Shown here: one piece after another, positions 17,918 to 26,883 of the stretch
Layout of the letters: every line of letters starts with the position of its first letter
Numbering within the stretch: position 1 is the first letter of the stretch
NCBI GenBank assembly: GCA_045641465.1
Contig: JAZUGW010000166.1
Location: 691-64,690, forward strand
Direction: 5' to 3'
Source of the DNA: Kiritimatiellia bacterium
GTDB taxonomy: Bacteria > Verrucomicrobiota > Kiritimatiellia > RFP12 > UBA1067
DNA length: 64,000 nucleotides
Notes under the pieces: model-generated
What the model was told of the DNA's origin: nothing
The model's database searches: none
Seen by the model: the letters and a program-made list of their open reading frames with translations, nothing else
Translations under genes and position numbers: made by a program

Positions 17918-19180
17918 TCACTTGACGCGCAGCAGGAAGAAGTTCTTCTTGCCGCTGCGCAGGACGGCGAGCCGTCCATCCACGAGATCAGCTTCGCCCA
18001 TCATGCGATCGACACCGCACTTCGCGCTGTTGAGCGAAAGTCCGCCCTGCTGGGCCATACGGCGCGCTTCGCCGTTGGACTTGAACATGCCCGCCTGTGC
18101 CGCCACCATGAACGCCGGCTTGCCGACAATGTCTTCCTTCGCCAACTCGGCGCTCTTGACGTCCTTGAAGATCGTCTCGAGTTCGTCCGCACTCTTGCCC
18201 GTGATGTCACCGCCGAACAGCGTCTGCGTGGCACCCAGCGCCGTCTTCACGCCTTCTTCACCGTGCACGAGACGCGTAAGTTCTTCCGCCAGCGCCTTCT
18301 GCGGAATGCGGGCTTCCGGATTCGCCTTCATCTGCGTTTCGAGTTCGGCGATCTCCGACAGCGGACGCAGCGAGAACACCTTGAGGTAGCGGATCACGTC
18401 TTCGTCCGCCGAACGCAGGAAGAACTGATACCAGTCGTACACGGACGTCTTTTCGGCGCTCATGAACATGGCGTTGCCCTCGCTCTTGCCGAACTTCTTG
18501 CCCGAACCGTCGAGCAGCAACGGGAACGTAAGACCATACGCCGTCTTGCCACGCATCTTGTGCACGAGGTCCGTACCGGCCGTGATGTTGCCCCACTGGT
18601 CGGCGCCACCCACTTCCATCGTGCACCCGTAGGTGTCGAAGAGGTGGAGGAAGTCGTTGCCCTGCAGAATCTGATAGCTGAACTCCGTGAACGTCAACGC
18701 GCCTTCGCTCGCCTCGAGGCGCTTCTTCACGCTCTCCTTCGCCAGCATCTGCGGCACGCGGAAGTTGATGGCGACATCGCGCAGGAAGGCGATCGCACTC
18801 AACCCCGAATACCAGTCGTAGTTGTCCACCATGATCGCGGCATTGGGGCCGTCGAAATCGAGGATGCGCGAAAGATTCTCGCGAATGCCCTTCTTGTTCT
18901 CCGCCACCTGCTCGAGCGTGAGCATGTTGCGTTCCGCGCTCTTACCGCTCGGATCGCCGATCAAGCCCGTCGCACCGCCCACAAGCGCAATCACCTTGTG
19001 ACCCGCGAGCTGCAGACGACGCAACATCATGATCGACACGAGATTGCCCGCCTGGAGCGAATTCGCGGAGGGATCGAAACCGCAATACACCGTCTGCGGC
19101 GTCTCCAGCATCTTCTCGATTTCAGGATCGGAAACGGCCTCCACCAGGCCGCGTTCAACCAGTTCTTTAAAGAGACTCAT
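17918..19180 (-). CDS. tyrS: tyrosine--tRNA ligase
   Basis: 420 aa. Class I motifs in CGFDPSANSLQAGN (HIGH region) and KFGKSEGN (KMSKS). C-terminal S4-like domain. Confidence 0.95.
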   Translation of the reverse strand: MSLFKELVERGLVEAVSDPEIEKMLETPQTVYCGFDPSANSLQAGNLVSIMMLRRLQLAGHKVIALVGGATGLIGDPSGKSAERNMLTLEQVAENKKGIRENLSRILDFDGPNAAIMVDNYDWYSGLSAIAFLRDVAINFRVPQMLAKESVKKRLEASEGALTFTEFSYQILQGNDFLHLFDTYGCTMEVGGADQWGNITAGTDLVHKMRGKTAYGLTFPLLLDGSGKKFGKSEGNAMFMSAEKTSVYDWYQFFLRSADEDVIRYLKVFSLRPLSEIAELETQMKANPEARIPQKALAEELTRLVHGEEGVKTALGATQTLFGGDITGKSADELETIFKDVKSAELAKEDIVGKPAFMVAAQAGMFKSNGEARRMAQQGGLSLNSAKCGVDRMMGEADLVDGRLAVLRSGKKNFFLLRVK

Positions 19181-19191
19181 TGTCTTGACTT

Positions 19192-19515
19192 TCAGTTCTT
19201 AGCTTCTTCAATTGCCGCCAAAATGTCATCGGGCTTCTGCAGACCGTCGAGACGCACCTTCTCCTCGCCGTCCTTGAAAATGAGAAGCGTCGGAATCGAA
19301 AGCACCTCAAGCCGCGCCGCAAGGCCGGGCTCGTTGCCCACATCTACCTTGCAGACCTTCACCGTGCCGTCGAGCTTCGGCAGCACCTGCTGCTCGATCA
19401 GCGCGCCCAGCACCTTGCACGGACCACACCAAGTCGCCCAAAAATCGACGAGCGTCACACCCGTCTCAACCGTCGCGTCGAACGCGTCTTCGGTCAATTC
19501 AATCACTTCTGCCAT
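19192..19515 (-). CDS. trxA: thioredoxin
   Basis: The ATG at 19515 (MAEVIELTEDAFD...) has a GAGGAA Shine-Dalgarno. WCGPC active site, 107 aa. The track ORF is over-extended by 58 codons. A candidate promoter TTGTTC-17-TAAAAT lies ~40 nt upstream. Confidence 0.9.
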   Translation of the reverse strand: MAEVIELTEDAFDATVETGVTLVDFWATWCGPCKVLGALIEQQVLPKLDGTVKVCKVDVGNEPGLAARLEVLSIPTLLIFKDGEEKVRLDGLQKPDDILAAIEEAKN

Positions 19516-19644
19516 TTGATTCCTCGATTCTTTTGTCAACACAGGATATTTTAGCAAAAAACGGCGCGGCGAACAAGGAAGTAATGGGATATCTCGGCTG
19601 CGCGACGCGTTCTTCGACGCACGCTTCGACGACTCGCTACGAAA

Positions 19645-19676
19645 TCGTACACAACAAGGCTTTTCTATGCTATAAT
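19645..19676 (+). promoter_or_regulatory. promoter with extended -10 (TGcTATAAT) and conserved upstream TCGTACAC box
   Basis: The sequence tcgtacac-N18-TATGCTATAATA lies 23 nt upstream of the ATG at 19699, and AAGGAG at 19688-19693 is the Shine-Dalgarno. A near-identical motif recurs upstream of ftsH. Confidence 0.45.
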
Positions 19677-19698
19677 AATAGTCATCCAAAGGAGTATT

Positions 19699-21975
19699 AT
19701 GTCTAACAGTTCTACCTTGAAGTTTCTGGCGGTTCTTACGAGTGCGGTGACGATTGTCGGCTGCTCGACCATCACTAAGGGTCCCCGCGGCGGTTCACCC
19801 GAGGCCTGGTCTGCCATCGTCGCGACGAACGCGCCGATCCGTGTCGCCATCTACGAGGATCTCGGAGCCGGCGACGAGTCGGTCTTCAAGCTGAACCGTC
19901 TGGCCACCCTTTCGGACGACATCGATTTCCTGCCCGTTGACGCGGACTCGATCCGCGACGGTGCGCTCGACCAGGCGAACGTGTTCGTGCTCTCCGCCAC
20001 GGATGAAAAACGCCTCGCCCAAACCCTCGGGACCAAAGGCTGTGAAAACATTCGTTCGTTTGTCAAGGACGGCGGCTCGTTCCTCGGCATTTCAGCCGGC
20101 GCCACCTACGCCCTGGCCGATGCGCCGCTCGCGCTCGCCGCCTACACGAACCAGCCGTGCGTCCACTGCCGCGCCGCAACGACGATCGAAGTCTATTACA
20201 ATACGAACGCGTTCCACGCGGCCGGATTCAAACCCGGCACGCTCGAGACGCGTTTTGACTTCGGACCGTGCATGCTGCCCGGCCCCGCGATCAAGGACGC
20301 CGCCGCGAAGACGGTCGCCACATTCCGCGGGAACGTCCACCTCGTGGACCGAAACGCCCAGGCGCCGTCGATGCGCGGATGCGCCTCCGCTGTGGCGGGG
20401 ACCTACGGCAAGGGACGCATCTGGCTCTTGGCCGACCACCCGGAAGTCGCGCCCGCCACGACCTTCGCCCTGCGCCGCGCGCTGACCTACCTCGCCCACG
20501 GACGCGTTCCCAAACTCGTTCATCCGCAGCGGACCAAGGGCCAGCTCAGCGTGGGTTTCCTGTCGCTCTCCGCGCCGGGACGGAAAGGCGCCGCGTTTAT
20601 GTCCTACCTGAACACTTCCGAGCAATTCGACGTCGTCCCCCTCGGCCGCGCCGGTCTGCTTGCAGGCGACATGACACATGTCGACGCGATTGTGCTGCCG
20701 CCGACAATGACGAAGGAAGACGAACAGAACCCCTTCTACGCGGCCGACCTGCCGACGTTCGTCAACCACGGCGGCACCGTGGTCGACCTTCGAAAGACAA
20801 AGGCGTTCGAGGCGCTTAAAGCGCTCCACAACCTCTATCTCGCCCCAGCGCCCCAACCGCGCAAACCGTTGCGTCCCGCGCCGAACGAACTGGCGCCGAA
20901 TCCCGTCCGTACGGTTTTCTACGGTGCCACAGGTGCCGGCGGAAACGGCATTCTGCGCGTGGCGCGCATGTTCGCCGCATCGACGAACTATGTTGTGCGC
21001 TTCGTTGAAGGCAAGGACATCCGTGAAGGCGTCCTCAAGAACGCCGACCTCTACATCGCGCCGGGCGGCGGTTCGGACACCCAATCGAGCAACCTCGGCC
21101 CGCAGGGTCGTACCAACCTCGTCAACTGGATCCGCAACGGCGGACTCTACCACGGCACCTGCGCGGGTGCCTACCTCGCCTCGTGTAACAACCCCGACGC
21201 GAAAAAGAAACTGCGTCTCCAGTTGATGCCCACCTACACGCAGAAGTGCCCCTATCGCGGCGGCAACGCGCTCGTGAAACTGCGCTATACACCGGCCGGC
21301 GAAAAGGCCCTGGGGCGCAAGGGCGTCGATGAGATGTTCTACCACGGCGGACCCATCCTGCTGCCGGCTCCTGTGATTCCGGACGGCGAGTTTGAAACCC
21401 TCGCCACCTTCGAGAGCCAGAATGTCTATGTCTACAACGGCAACACGACACCGGAAATGGGCGGACACGCTGCCATCGTCGCGGGCCGCCTCGGCAAGGG
21501 CAAGGTGATGGGCATGTCGCCCCATCCGGAGGCCGACGACGGAACGGAAAGTCTCGTGCGCGACGAAATCAAGTTCCTGACGGGACGCGAACTCGATGGC
21601 GGACGCAACTGGCGGACGCGTGGCAACCTTTCGGTCGCCTTCTTCTGCAACCGCTACTACAACGACGGCGGCGAACTCGCGCTCGACCTTCTGGACATGC
21701 CGGGATTCGATGTCTGCGCGCAAGGGACACGTGGCGTGAACAGCGGCTACCTTGAACATCTGGACATCGTCGTCGTCTCCCACCCGCGCGAATCCACGAT
21801 GGCCCTCTTCAAGGAATTTCTCGCGCGCGGTGGACAGGTCTACGTGTGGTACACGAATGACAAGGAGAAGTCGTACATCCCTGCTGACAAAACGGGCAAT
21901 CTGCACGTCTTCCCCAACGCCCTCGCCTGCGGAAAGGCCCTGAAGAAACTTTCCGACGAAAACCTTCGTCACTGA
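19699..21975 (+). CDS. lipoprotein with three class-I glutamine-amidotransferase-like (DJ-1/PfpI superfamily, BPL_N/ThuA-like) domains
   Basis: 758 aa. Lipobox LAVLTSAVTIVGCS. Three repeats each carry a nucleophile-elbow-like motif (GGSFLGISAGATYA; GGLYHGTCAGAYLAS), with 'VAIYEDLGAGDES', 'VGFLSLSAPG' and 'RTVFYGATGAGGNG' at the domain starts. Confidence 0.6.
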   Translation: MSNSSTLKFLAVLTSAVTIVGCSTITKGPRGGSPEAWSAIVATNAPIRVAIYEDLGAGDESVFKLNRLATLSDDIDFLPVDADSIRDGALDQANVFVLSATDEKRLAQTLGTKGCENIRSFVKDGGSFLGISAGATYALADAPLALAAYTNQPCVHCRAATTIEVYYNTNAFHAAGFKPGTLETRFDFGPCMLPGPAIKDAAAKTVATFRGNVHLVDRNAQAPSMRGCASAVAGTYGKGRIWLLADHPEVAPATTFALRRALTYLAHGRVPKLVHPQRTKGQLSVGFLSLSAPGRKGAAFMSYLNTSEQFDVVPLGRAGLLAGDMTHVDAIVLPPTMTKEDEQNPFYAADLPTFVNHGGTVVDLRKTKAFEALKALHNLYLAPAPQPRKPLRPAPNELAPNPVRTVFYGATGAGGNGILRVARMFAASTNYVVRFVEGKDIREGVLKNADLYIAPGGGSDTQSSNLGPQGRTNLVNWIRNGGLYHGTCAGAYLASCNNPDAKKKLRLQLMPTYTQKCPYRGGNALVKLRYTPAGEKALGRKGVDEMFYHGGPILLPAPVIPDGEFETLATFESQNVYVYNGNTTPEMGGHAAIVAGRLGKGKVMGMSPHPEADDGTESLVRDEIKFLTGRELDGGRNWRTRGNLSVAFFCNRYYNDGGELALDLLDMPGFDVCAQGTRGVNSGYLEHLDIVVVSHPRESTMALFKEFLARGGQVYVWYTNDKEKSYIPADKTGNLHVFPNALACGKALKKLSDENLRH

Positions 21976-21985
21976 GAGGTCTGCC

Positions 21986-23695
21986 ATGACGCCTGAAGAA
22001 GAAATCCACACCCTAAGAACCGCCCTGGCCCGTACCGAGGCCCGTCTCGCCGAAGTTGAGATTCTCCGGCATGAGACCGAGGTTCTCAACATTCAACTCG
22101 AGAACCAGATTTCCGCCCTTCAGAAACGTTCAAGCGCAGAAATGGAGCTGCGTGACGTCATCACGGAAAACTCGCCTTTCGCCGTCTATATGATGGAGGT
22201 CTGGGAAGGCGAATACCGCTATGTCTATGCGAATCCGGCCGCCTGTAAACTCTTCCGCCTCACGCGCGACCAGATCATCGGCCATACCGATGCTGAACTC
22301 TTCATTGAGCCCGTGGCCCGCGTGTGCCGCGAGCATTGCGACCAGGCGATGGAAAAGAAGAACATTCTGACCGTCGATGAAAAATTCGAAGACGTGACGG
22401 GCGAACAGCACAATCTGACCTGCATTCTCGCGAAATGCCATGACGCTGCAGGCCGTCAGCTCCTCATCGGTTTCTGCCTTGACCGTACGGCCGACGCCGA
22501 GAACCGCCTGCAGATCCAGGAACTGAACCGGACGCAGGACGAACTCATCGCCCGTCTCCGCGACGAACGCGACCGCGCCGTCGCCGCCGAAAAGGCGCGC
22601 AGCTTCTTCTTCTCAACCGTCAGCCACGACATTCGCACGCCGTTGAACGCCATCATCGGCTTTTCGGAGATGCTCAAGCTAGGCGTCGACGACCCCGAAG
22701 AACGCAAGCGCTTTCTCGACTCCATTCTGGTCAGCGGCAAGACCCTCCTTCAGCTCATCAACGACGTACTCGACTTGTCCAAGCTCGAAGCCGGGAAGAT
22801 GGAAATCCATCCGGAACCGACCGACTGCGGGAAACTTGTGACAGAGATCGGCGACGCCTTCCGCGCGAGTGCCGTGAACAAACTTGTCGAAATCCGCAGC
22901 ACGGTCACAACGCCGATGCCGATCCTCATGGTCGACCCGCAGCGTATCCGCCAGATTCTGTTCAACCTCGTCGGCAACGCCATCAAATTCACGACGCAAG
23001 GCCACGTGGCCATCTCGGCTGGATTTAATCCGGCAGAAGACAACACCTTCACCTTGCGTGTCGAGGATACGGGCTGCGGCATTCCCGAAGAGGACCAGGA
23101 ACGCATCGCCCTTCCCTACGTCCAGGCGAATGGTCCCGGACGCCACGGCGGCACGGGCCTCGGTCTTGCCATCTGCAAGGAACTCGTCAGCTGCATGGGC
23201 GGCAACCTCAAATTCGCCTCGACAGTCGGCAAGGGGACGATTTTCCAGGTCCAGCTTCCCAACATCGAAATCGCCAAGGAAGCCACGCTGAAAACGCTTT
23301 CAGCCACCCAGCTGATCCGCCTCGCCGTCTCAGGGCCTGTCCCCACGACAAAACGCGTCTTGATCGTCGACGATTCGGCCGTCAATCTCTCGGTTCTGAA
23401 AGCCATGCTCAAGCGCATGGGCATTCAAAACATCTCGACGGCGGGCAATGGACGCGAGGCTCTTGAAATTCTCGGCACGAAACCCATCGACCTCATCCTC
23501 ACCGACATGTGGATGCCCGTGATGGACGGACGCAAACTCGTCTGCGCCATACGCGCAGATGCCCGCTTCTCCAAGCTCCCCGTCTACGCGGTCACCGCAG
23601 ACGTGGAAACGCGCAAGGAATGCGCGACAGCCGGATTCACGGGCATCCTGCTGAAGCCTCTCACACTGGAGAAGCTTCGGACCCTCTTCGGGTAA
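21986..23695 (+). CDS. hybrid sensor histidine kinase/response regulator (PAS-HisKA-HATPase_c-REC)
   Basis: 569 aa. H-box FFSTVSHDIRTPLNAI. N, G1 and G2 boxes (NLVGNAIKFT, DTGCGI, GGTGLGLAI). Receiver domain LIVDDSAVNL...DLILTDMWMPVMDG...K. Lies 10 nt after the preceding lipoprotein gene, so it is probably in the same operon. Confidence 0.9.
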   Translation: MTPEEEIHTLRTALARTEARLAEVEILRHETEVLNIQLENQISALQKRSSAEMELRDVITENSPFAVYMMEVWEGEYRYVYANPAACKLFRLTRDQIIGHTDAELFIEPVARVCREHCDQAMEKKNILTVDEKFEDVTGEQHNLTCILAKCHDAAGRQLLIGFCLDRTADAENRLQIQELNRTQDELIARLRDERDRAVAAEKARSFFFSTVSHDIRTPLNAIIGFSEMLKLGVDDPEERKRFLDSILVSGKTLLQLINDVLDLSKLEAGKMEIHPEPTDCGKLVTEIGDAFRASAVNKLVEIRSTVTTPMPILMVDPQRIRQILFNLVGNAIKFTTQGHVAISAGFNPAEDNTFTLRVEDTGCGIPEEDQERIALPYVQANGPGRHGGTGLGLAICKELVSCMGGNLKFASTVGKGTIFQVQLPNIEIAKEATLKTLSATQLIRLAVSGPVPTTKRVLIVDDSAVNLSVLKAMLKRMGIQNISTAGNGREALEILGTKPIDLILTDMWMPVMDGRKLVCAIRADARFSKLPVYAVTADVETRKECATAGFTGILLKPLTLEKLRTLFG

Positions 23696-23722
23696 GCCAA
23701 ACGGCCTTTCGCGAGCGCGCCC

Positions 23723-24802
23723 TTAGAGGCGCGTATCGCAGAAGTCGAGGAACAGCTTGAAGTCACGCAGGTCGAAGGCATGTCCGCCTTCGTGGCAATG
23801 GTAGCCGACCTTGCCCTTCAGTCCCTGCTTTTCCCACGCCGCCGCGACTTTGTCCGCCGCTGCCTTTTCAGCCGCCGGACCTGCCCAGTCGTCCTTCGAA
23901 CCGCTCGCCACATAGAGGCAGCGCGGCGACACAAGGCCCATCCACTCGTCCTGGTCATGCGTGATTTCCAGATCGTGACCACGCCACTTCAGGTAGTTCT
24001 GGCAGAACCAATACGGGAACCCGCGTGTGATCTGATGGATGTGTTCGCTCCGATCTGCCTTGAACTTGTTCAGCTTCGCACCACCGCAACCGGACGCATT
24101 GGAATACGTGATTTTGAAACGCGGATCCGTCACACCCGCGCAGATCGCCGTCTTGCCGAGGCGGGAATGTCCGCACACCGCCACACGCTTCGCATCCAGC
24201 ATCGGCTGCGTCTCGATCCAGTCCAGCACGCGGCTATGCCCCCACGCCCACGCACGGATCGTTCCCCAGCTCGTCGCCGTACGATCGGACTCGCCACCAT
24301 ACACCTCAAACACGCCATACGGATACGGCGGCAACGGCTTCCCCTGCTGCTTGAGGCTCGCGATCATGCGCCGGCGCGGCTGATCGGGCGCCACCTCGTT
24401 GAGATTGTAGTGGACAATCGCATACCCGCGCGAAGTCACGTAGGCGTGGATTTCCTTCTGCAGCTTGTCCTGCTCATGGGAATACTTGTCGTCATGCATG
24501 CCGTTGTTCCATGCGCGGAAATCGCCCATGAGGATCACCGGACACGGCTTCTCCTTGGAGGCTCCGGCCGGCAGCTTGACCGTCAGATCCACTTTGACCT
24601 TGCCGGCGAAGACGATGCTATTCCCCTGGAACGTCATATCCGCCGGACGCCCAATCGGCGCATGGCCGTATTCATTGTCCAGGAACCACTGCATCAATTC
24701 CTTCTTGCCCGCATCGAGTTTGTCAAACGCCGGGTCCGCAGCCATCAGCGTGGTTGCTCCCATCGCGACCAACAGGCCCAAAAACATCCTTCTCTTGATC
24801 AT
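23723..24802 (-). CDS. CE15-like glucuronoyl esterase (alpha/beta hydrolase), Tat/Sec-secreted
   Basis: 359 aa. N-terminus MIKRRMFLGLLVAMGATTLMAA carries an RRxFLG twin-arginine-like motif. Ser-nucleophile motif VCGHSRLGKTA (the CE15 GxSRxG). C-terminal GYHCHEGGHA (catalytic His-Cys pair region). Confidence 0.6.
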   Translation of the reverse strand: MIKRRMFLGLLVAMGATTLMAADPAFDKLDAGKKELMQWFLDNEYGHAPIGRPADMTFQGNSIVFAGKVKVDLTVKLPAGASKEKPCPVILMGDFRAWNNGMHDDKYSHEQDKLQKEIHAYVTSRGYAIVHYNLNEVAPDQPRRRMIASLKQQGKPLPPYPYGVFEVYGGESDRTATSWGTIRAWAWGHSRVLDWIETQPMLDAKRVAVCGHSRLGKTAICAGVTDPRFKITYSNASGCGGAKLNKFKADRSEHIHQITRGFPYWFCQNYLKWRGHDLEITHDQDEWMGLVSPRCLYVASGSKDDWAGPAAEKAAADKVAAAWEKQGLKGKVGYHCHEGGHAFDLRDFKLFLDFCDTRL

Positions 24803-24829
24803 CGTAACAACCTTTCCTTTTTTGTTGAG

Positions 24830-25561
24830 TTAGAAATTCTGAAGCTGGGCGATTTCCGCCGGTGTCAGATCGCGCCAATCGCCCGGCTGCATTTCCGGTG
24901 GCAGCCGCAAGGCTCCGACGGAAACGCGCTTGAGCGCCAACACCACCAAATGCGCCGCACTGCACATATAGCGGATCTGACGCTTGCGGCCTTCACGCAG
25001 GCGGAAGCGGAGGATCGTGATGTTATTGCGATCGGCACGCACGACCTCCACGGGACACGGACGCGTCACATACCCGTCCGGCATGGTGACCGGTCCTCGC
25101 AGAATGTTCAGCTTCTCTTCGTTCCAGTGGCCGGCGACCCGTACGAGATAGGTCTTTTCGTGCAGGAAGCGCGGATGCGTCAACCGCAACGTCAAGTCAC
25201 CGTCATTGCTCATCAAAAGCAGGCCTTCGCTCTCCTTGTCGAGACGGCCGACCGGCACCAGACGCTCGCGCACCTGGCCCCGCAGCAGATCCGTCACCGT
25301 CTGCCCGCCAAACGGATCGCTGACGGTCGACAGCACCCCCACAGGCTTGTAGAGGAGAATCGTCCGCGTACGTTCCTGGGCGGCGCCGAGCGGCCGTCCG
25401 TCAACGGCGATCCGGACCTTTTCCGGGTCGAATTTCAATCCGAGTTCCGTCACCACCTTGCCGTCAACCGTCACGCGCCCCGCGACAATCATCTCCTCTG
25501 CATGACGCCGACTCGCAACGCCTCGATGACTTAAAATCTTCTGTAGTCTCTCTTCCGCCAC
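24830..25561 (-). CDS. rRNA pseudouridine synthase (RsuA/RluB family) with S4 domain
   Basis: 243 aa. S4 motif RLQKILSHRGVASRR. Catalytic region VGRLDKESEGLLL with the conserved Asp. Confidence 0.85.
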   Translation of the reverse strand: MAEERLQKILSHRGVASRRHAEEMIVAGRVTVDGKVVTELGLKFDPEKVRIAVDGRPLGAAQERTRTILLYKPVGVLSTVSDPFGGQTVTDLLRGQVRERLVPVGRLDKESEGLLLMSNDGDLTLRLTHPRFLHEKTYLVRVAGHWNEEKLNILRGPVTMPDGYVTRPCPVEVVRADRNNITILRFRLREGRKRQIRYMCSAAHLVVLALKRVSVGALRLPPEMQPGDWRDLTPAEIAQLQNF

Positions 25562-25603
25562 AATCCCATCCTTCTCAATTCTGCCGTCCCTACCCGTAGC
25601 ACA

Positions 25604-26185
25604 TCAAATGTTGATGTTGATCGTCGTCAAGGCGGCCATGCACGCGAGCGTCACCAGCACAAACAGAACGATCCTGCAGATCATGTGAACCTTCGCCCGT
25701 TTGGCTTCACGTTTTTCGCGATCTTCTAGATACGTCTGAATGCTCGTGACCGATGCCTGCAATCGTTCGATGGCCAATTCAATCCGGCGCGTATCCAGCT
25801 TGACCGACGGCGCTGATTCCTGAACCATTGGAATTTCAGGAAACTCGAACGAACGAGGAGTCACTGCCGCAGACGATGTCTGCGGCATCTTCGCCAGCAG
25901 CTCGCGGAAATGAGCCTTCGACTGCGGATTGCGGTCATGTGTCGCCAGATAGAGCAGATCCTCGCGCGACATCTCTTCCTCAACCTCTTTCTGGTAGGTT
26001 GCATAAAGCCCGTCATCCACTTCGTTCTGGAAGACCGTGCAATAGAACATCAGCGCAATGTACTCCTTCGCTCCCTGTGGGGCGTCGTTGAAGTACTTCG
26101 CCAGTTGCGGATCCTCCATGCACTTCGCGTGGGCTTCACGGATTTTCGACTCGGGGATCACGCCATCGGTATCATCATCAGCCAT
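25604..26185 (-). CDS. hypothetical tail-anchored membrane protein
   Basis: The ATG at 26185 (MADDDTDGV...) has AAGGAGG with 7-nt spacing. Soluble acidic domain plus a single C-terminal TM helix (IVLFVLVTLACMAALTT). No recognisable family. Overlaps the start of the upstream SDR gene by 8 nt. Confidence 0.5.
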   Translation of the reverse strand: MADDDTDGVIPESKIREAHAKCMEDPQLAKYFNDAPQGAKEYIALMFYCTVFQNEVDDGLYATYQKEVEEEMSREDLLYLATHDRNPQSKAHFRELLAKMPQTSSAAVTPRSFEFPEIPMVQESAPSVKLDTRRIELAIERLQASVTSIQTYLEDREKREAKRAKVHMICRIVLFVLVTLACMAALTTININI

Positions 26186-26876
26186 TGCCAACCTCCTTGT
26201 CTTTTGTGTCGTTTGAAAGAAGCGATTGTCCAGCATCCACCGCGAGGATCTGCCCCGTCACGGATTCAGCCTCCAAGAAAAACGCCACGGCCTCCGCGAC
26301 ATCCTTCGGCGAAGGACGCCGTTCAAGCAAAATGGAACCGCCCGGCTCGTGATTTTCAGCCGCAGTCGGCAACAACACGGGACCCGGCGCGACGGCATTG
26401 ATCCGAAGCGATGGCGCCAATGTCACCGCGAGACGATCCATCATCACCTTCAATGAATATTTTGAGAGGGCATAGGGCGTCATGTCGCATGCGTCTGACA
26501 AGATTCGCACATCGAGCAGATTGACAACGGAACCCGTCTTTTTCTGCTGCCGAAGACGCATCGCCAAAAGCGTGGCCAACGACGTCGGCGCATTAAAATT
26601 AACTTGAATTAGACGCTCGCTGCGCGCAGCGTCCAAAGCCGACGCGGTGGAAAACTCGGACGCGTTGTTGACGATCGCACAAAGATCGGGTGCCATCTCG
26701 CACGCCTTATGGAAAAGGCGCGCGGGGGCTTCGACGTCCGAAAAATCAGCGCACAGCGGGTTGTCGGCCTCCCGCGAATGAACGAGCACGTTCCATCCGC
26801 GAGAACGGAGGACGTCGCAGATTGCCTTGCCAATCCGCTTCGCGCCTCCTGTGACCAACACGCTGCCCGTGCGCAT
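26178..26876 (-). CDS. SDR-family oxidoreductase (pteridine-reductase/FolM-like)
   Basis: 232 aa. Rossmann motif VLVTGGAKRIGKAI. Catalytic YxxxK (PYALSKYSLK). NNAS motif. Confidence 0.8.
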   Translation of the reverse strand: MRTGSVLVTGGAKRIGKAICDVLRSRGWNVLVHSREADNPLCADFSDVEAPARLFHKACEMAPDLCAIVNNASEFSTASALDAARSERLIQVNFNAPTSLATLLAMRLRQQKKTGSVVNLLDVRILSDACDMTPYALSKYSLKVMMDRLAVTLAPSLRINAVAPGPVLLPTAAENHEPGGSILLERRPSPKDVAEAVAFFLEAESVTGQILAVDAGQSLLSNDTKDKEVGNG

Positions 26877-26883
26877 CCACCAC

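Noticed and set aside
20092-22092. 666-aa reverse-strand ORF opposite the lipoprotein gene, with similar reverse-strand ORFs at 42987..44588, 48093..49367 and 51955..53469
   Set aside because: Antisense to ftsH, ftsK, clpC and the lipoprotein gene, which carry clear catalytic motifs. The reverse-strand translations are R/G-rich junk.
23696-23730. Short GC hairpin between the convergent sensor-kinase and CE15 genes
   Set aside because: It is only a 6-bp stem overlapping the CE15 stop codon, which is too weak to call a terminator confidently.
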